Source: Azolla caroliniana
Taxonomy: Eukaryota; Plantae; Polypodiophyta
NCBI GenBank assembly: GCA_043228905.1
Contig: JBHGNT010000020.1
Location: forward strand, 7,192,001 to 7,256,000
Length of the DNA: 64,000 bases
Direction: 5' to 3'
Notes under the pieces: model-generated
Databases searched by the model: none
Seen by the model: only the letters and a program-made list of their open reading frames with translations
Told to the model about the DNA's origin: nothing
Position numbers and translations under genes: made by a program
In this document: one piece after another, positions 63,553-64,000 of the stretch
Position numbering within the stretch: position 1 is the stretch's first letter
Layout of the letters: each line of letters begins with the position of its first letter

Positions 63553-64000
63553 CTCCAAGTATTAATCTTGACTTGATCCTTCCTACCGCCTCTTTCACGT
63601 CGGGTTCACCACTTTATTATGTCGTGAAGATCCGTCACTACGCGCGGATCGTGAGGCGGAACCGTCGGGGTTCTGGACCAGAAGGATTTAGAGTCGATAC
63701 AAGCTTTGGCGAGAAAGTACTTAAGATAGATTGGGAAAGAGAGAAGTTGAGATTACACGATCAATTTGATAACGAATTTCTTCCTCTTAATTTTCATAAA
63801 AAAAAACCCCGTCTTTTTCTCCTCCCCCTTCCCTCTTTTATAGATGCTCTCATGCATATGATGCATGTGAGGGTACAAGACATGCATAAATTGCATGTTT
63901 GCCATTTGGCGCTTAAGTATTACATGTGGTGTATGCTAACCATGTCACTCATTTTAGCTCTCATGTATGAGTATTTACATTTAAAAGTACAATGATAGAA

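Larger units (their letters stand above)
56760..64000 (-). mobile_element. Gypsy A2 (same family as A1), runs off the window
   Basis: 3' LTR 56760-57839, PPT 57840-57852, PBS-Trp 63595-63611, 5' LTR from 63620. Confidence 0.95.

Noticed and set aside
855-64000. Mirror arrangement A1-B1 ... B2-A2 as one large inverted duplication
   Set aside because: Flanks differ (B1 in H with its own TSD, B2 in G; A 3' flanks unrelated), and arrays and deletions differ, so these are independent insertions.

Overview
Eukaryotic, gene-free, heterochromatin-like DNA, most likely from a non-seed land plant (inferred from plant-type tRNA/PBS sequences and the retrotransposon types). The window is almost entirely nested LTR retrotransposons interleaved with a degenerate ~0.95-1.05 kb satellite whose unit carries a tRNA-Leu(UAG)-like gene (11 recognisable copies). 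Elements: two copies of a tRNA-Trp-primed Gypsy family (A1 855-8840 +, A2 56760->64000 -) and two relatives (solo LTR 37900-38544; deletion derivative E 46915-49539); two Tnt1-like Copia copies (B1 9295-14702, B2 53499-56712) plus an older relic; Copia C (15347-23764) with a satellite block inside it; Gypsy D with an extra 3' ORF (30500-40540); chromovirus F (43946-52220) nested in short-LTR Gypsy G; and an apparently non-coding LTR family H. All coding regions are disrupted and no host protein gene is recognisable. Most notable: (1) an antisense tRNA-like Pol III A-box/B-box module in the U3 of four different Gypsy LTR families, (2) the tRNA-Leu satellite whose consensus keeps its stems through paired substitutions, (3) CpG-centred 4-bp target selection by the Trp-primed lineage, (4) -1 frameshift signals with downstream structures, and (5) a tRNA-3'-end-like sequence where Gypsy D should have a PPT.
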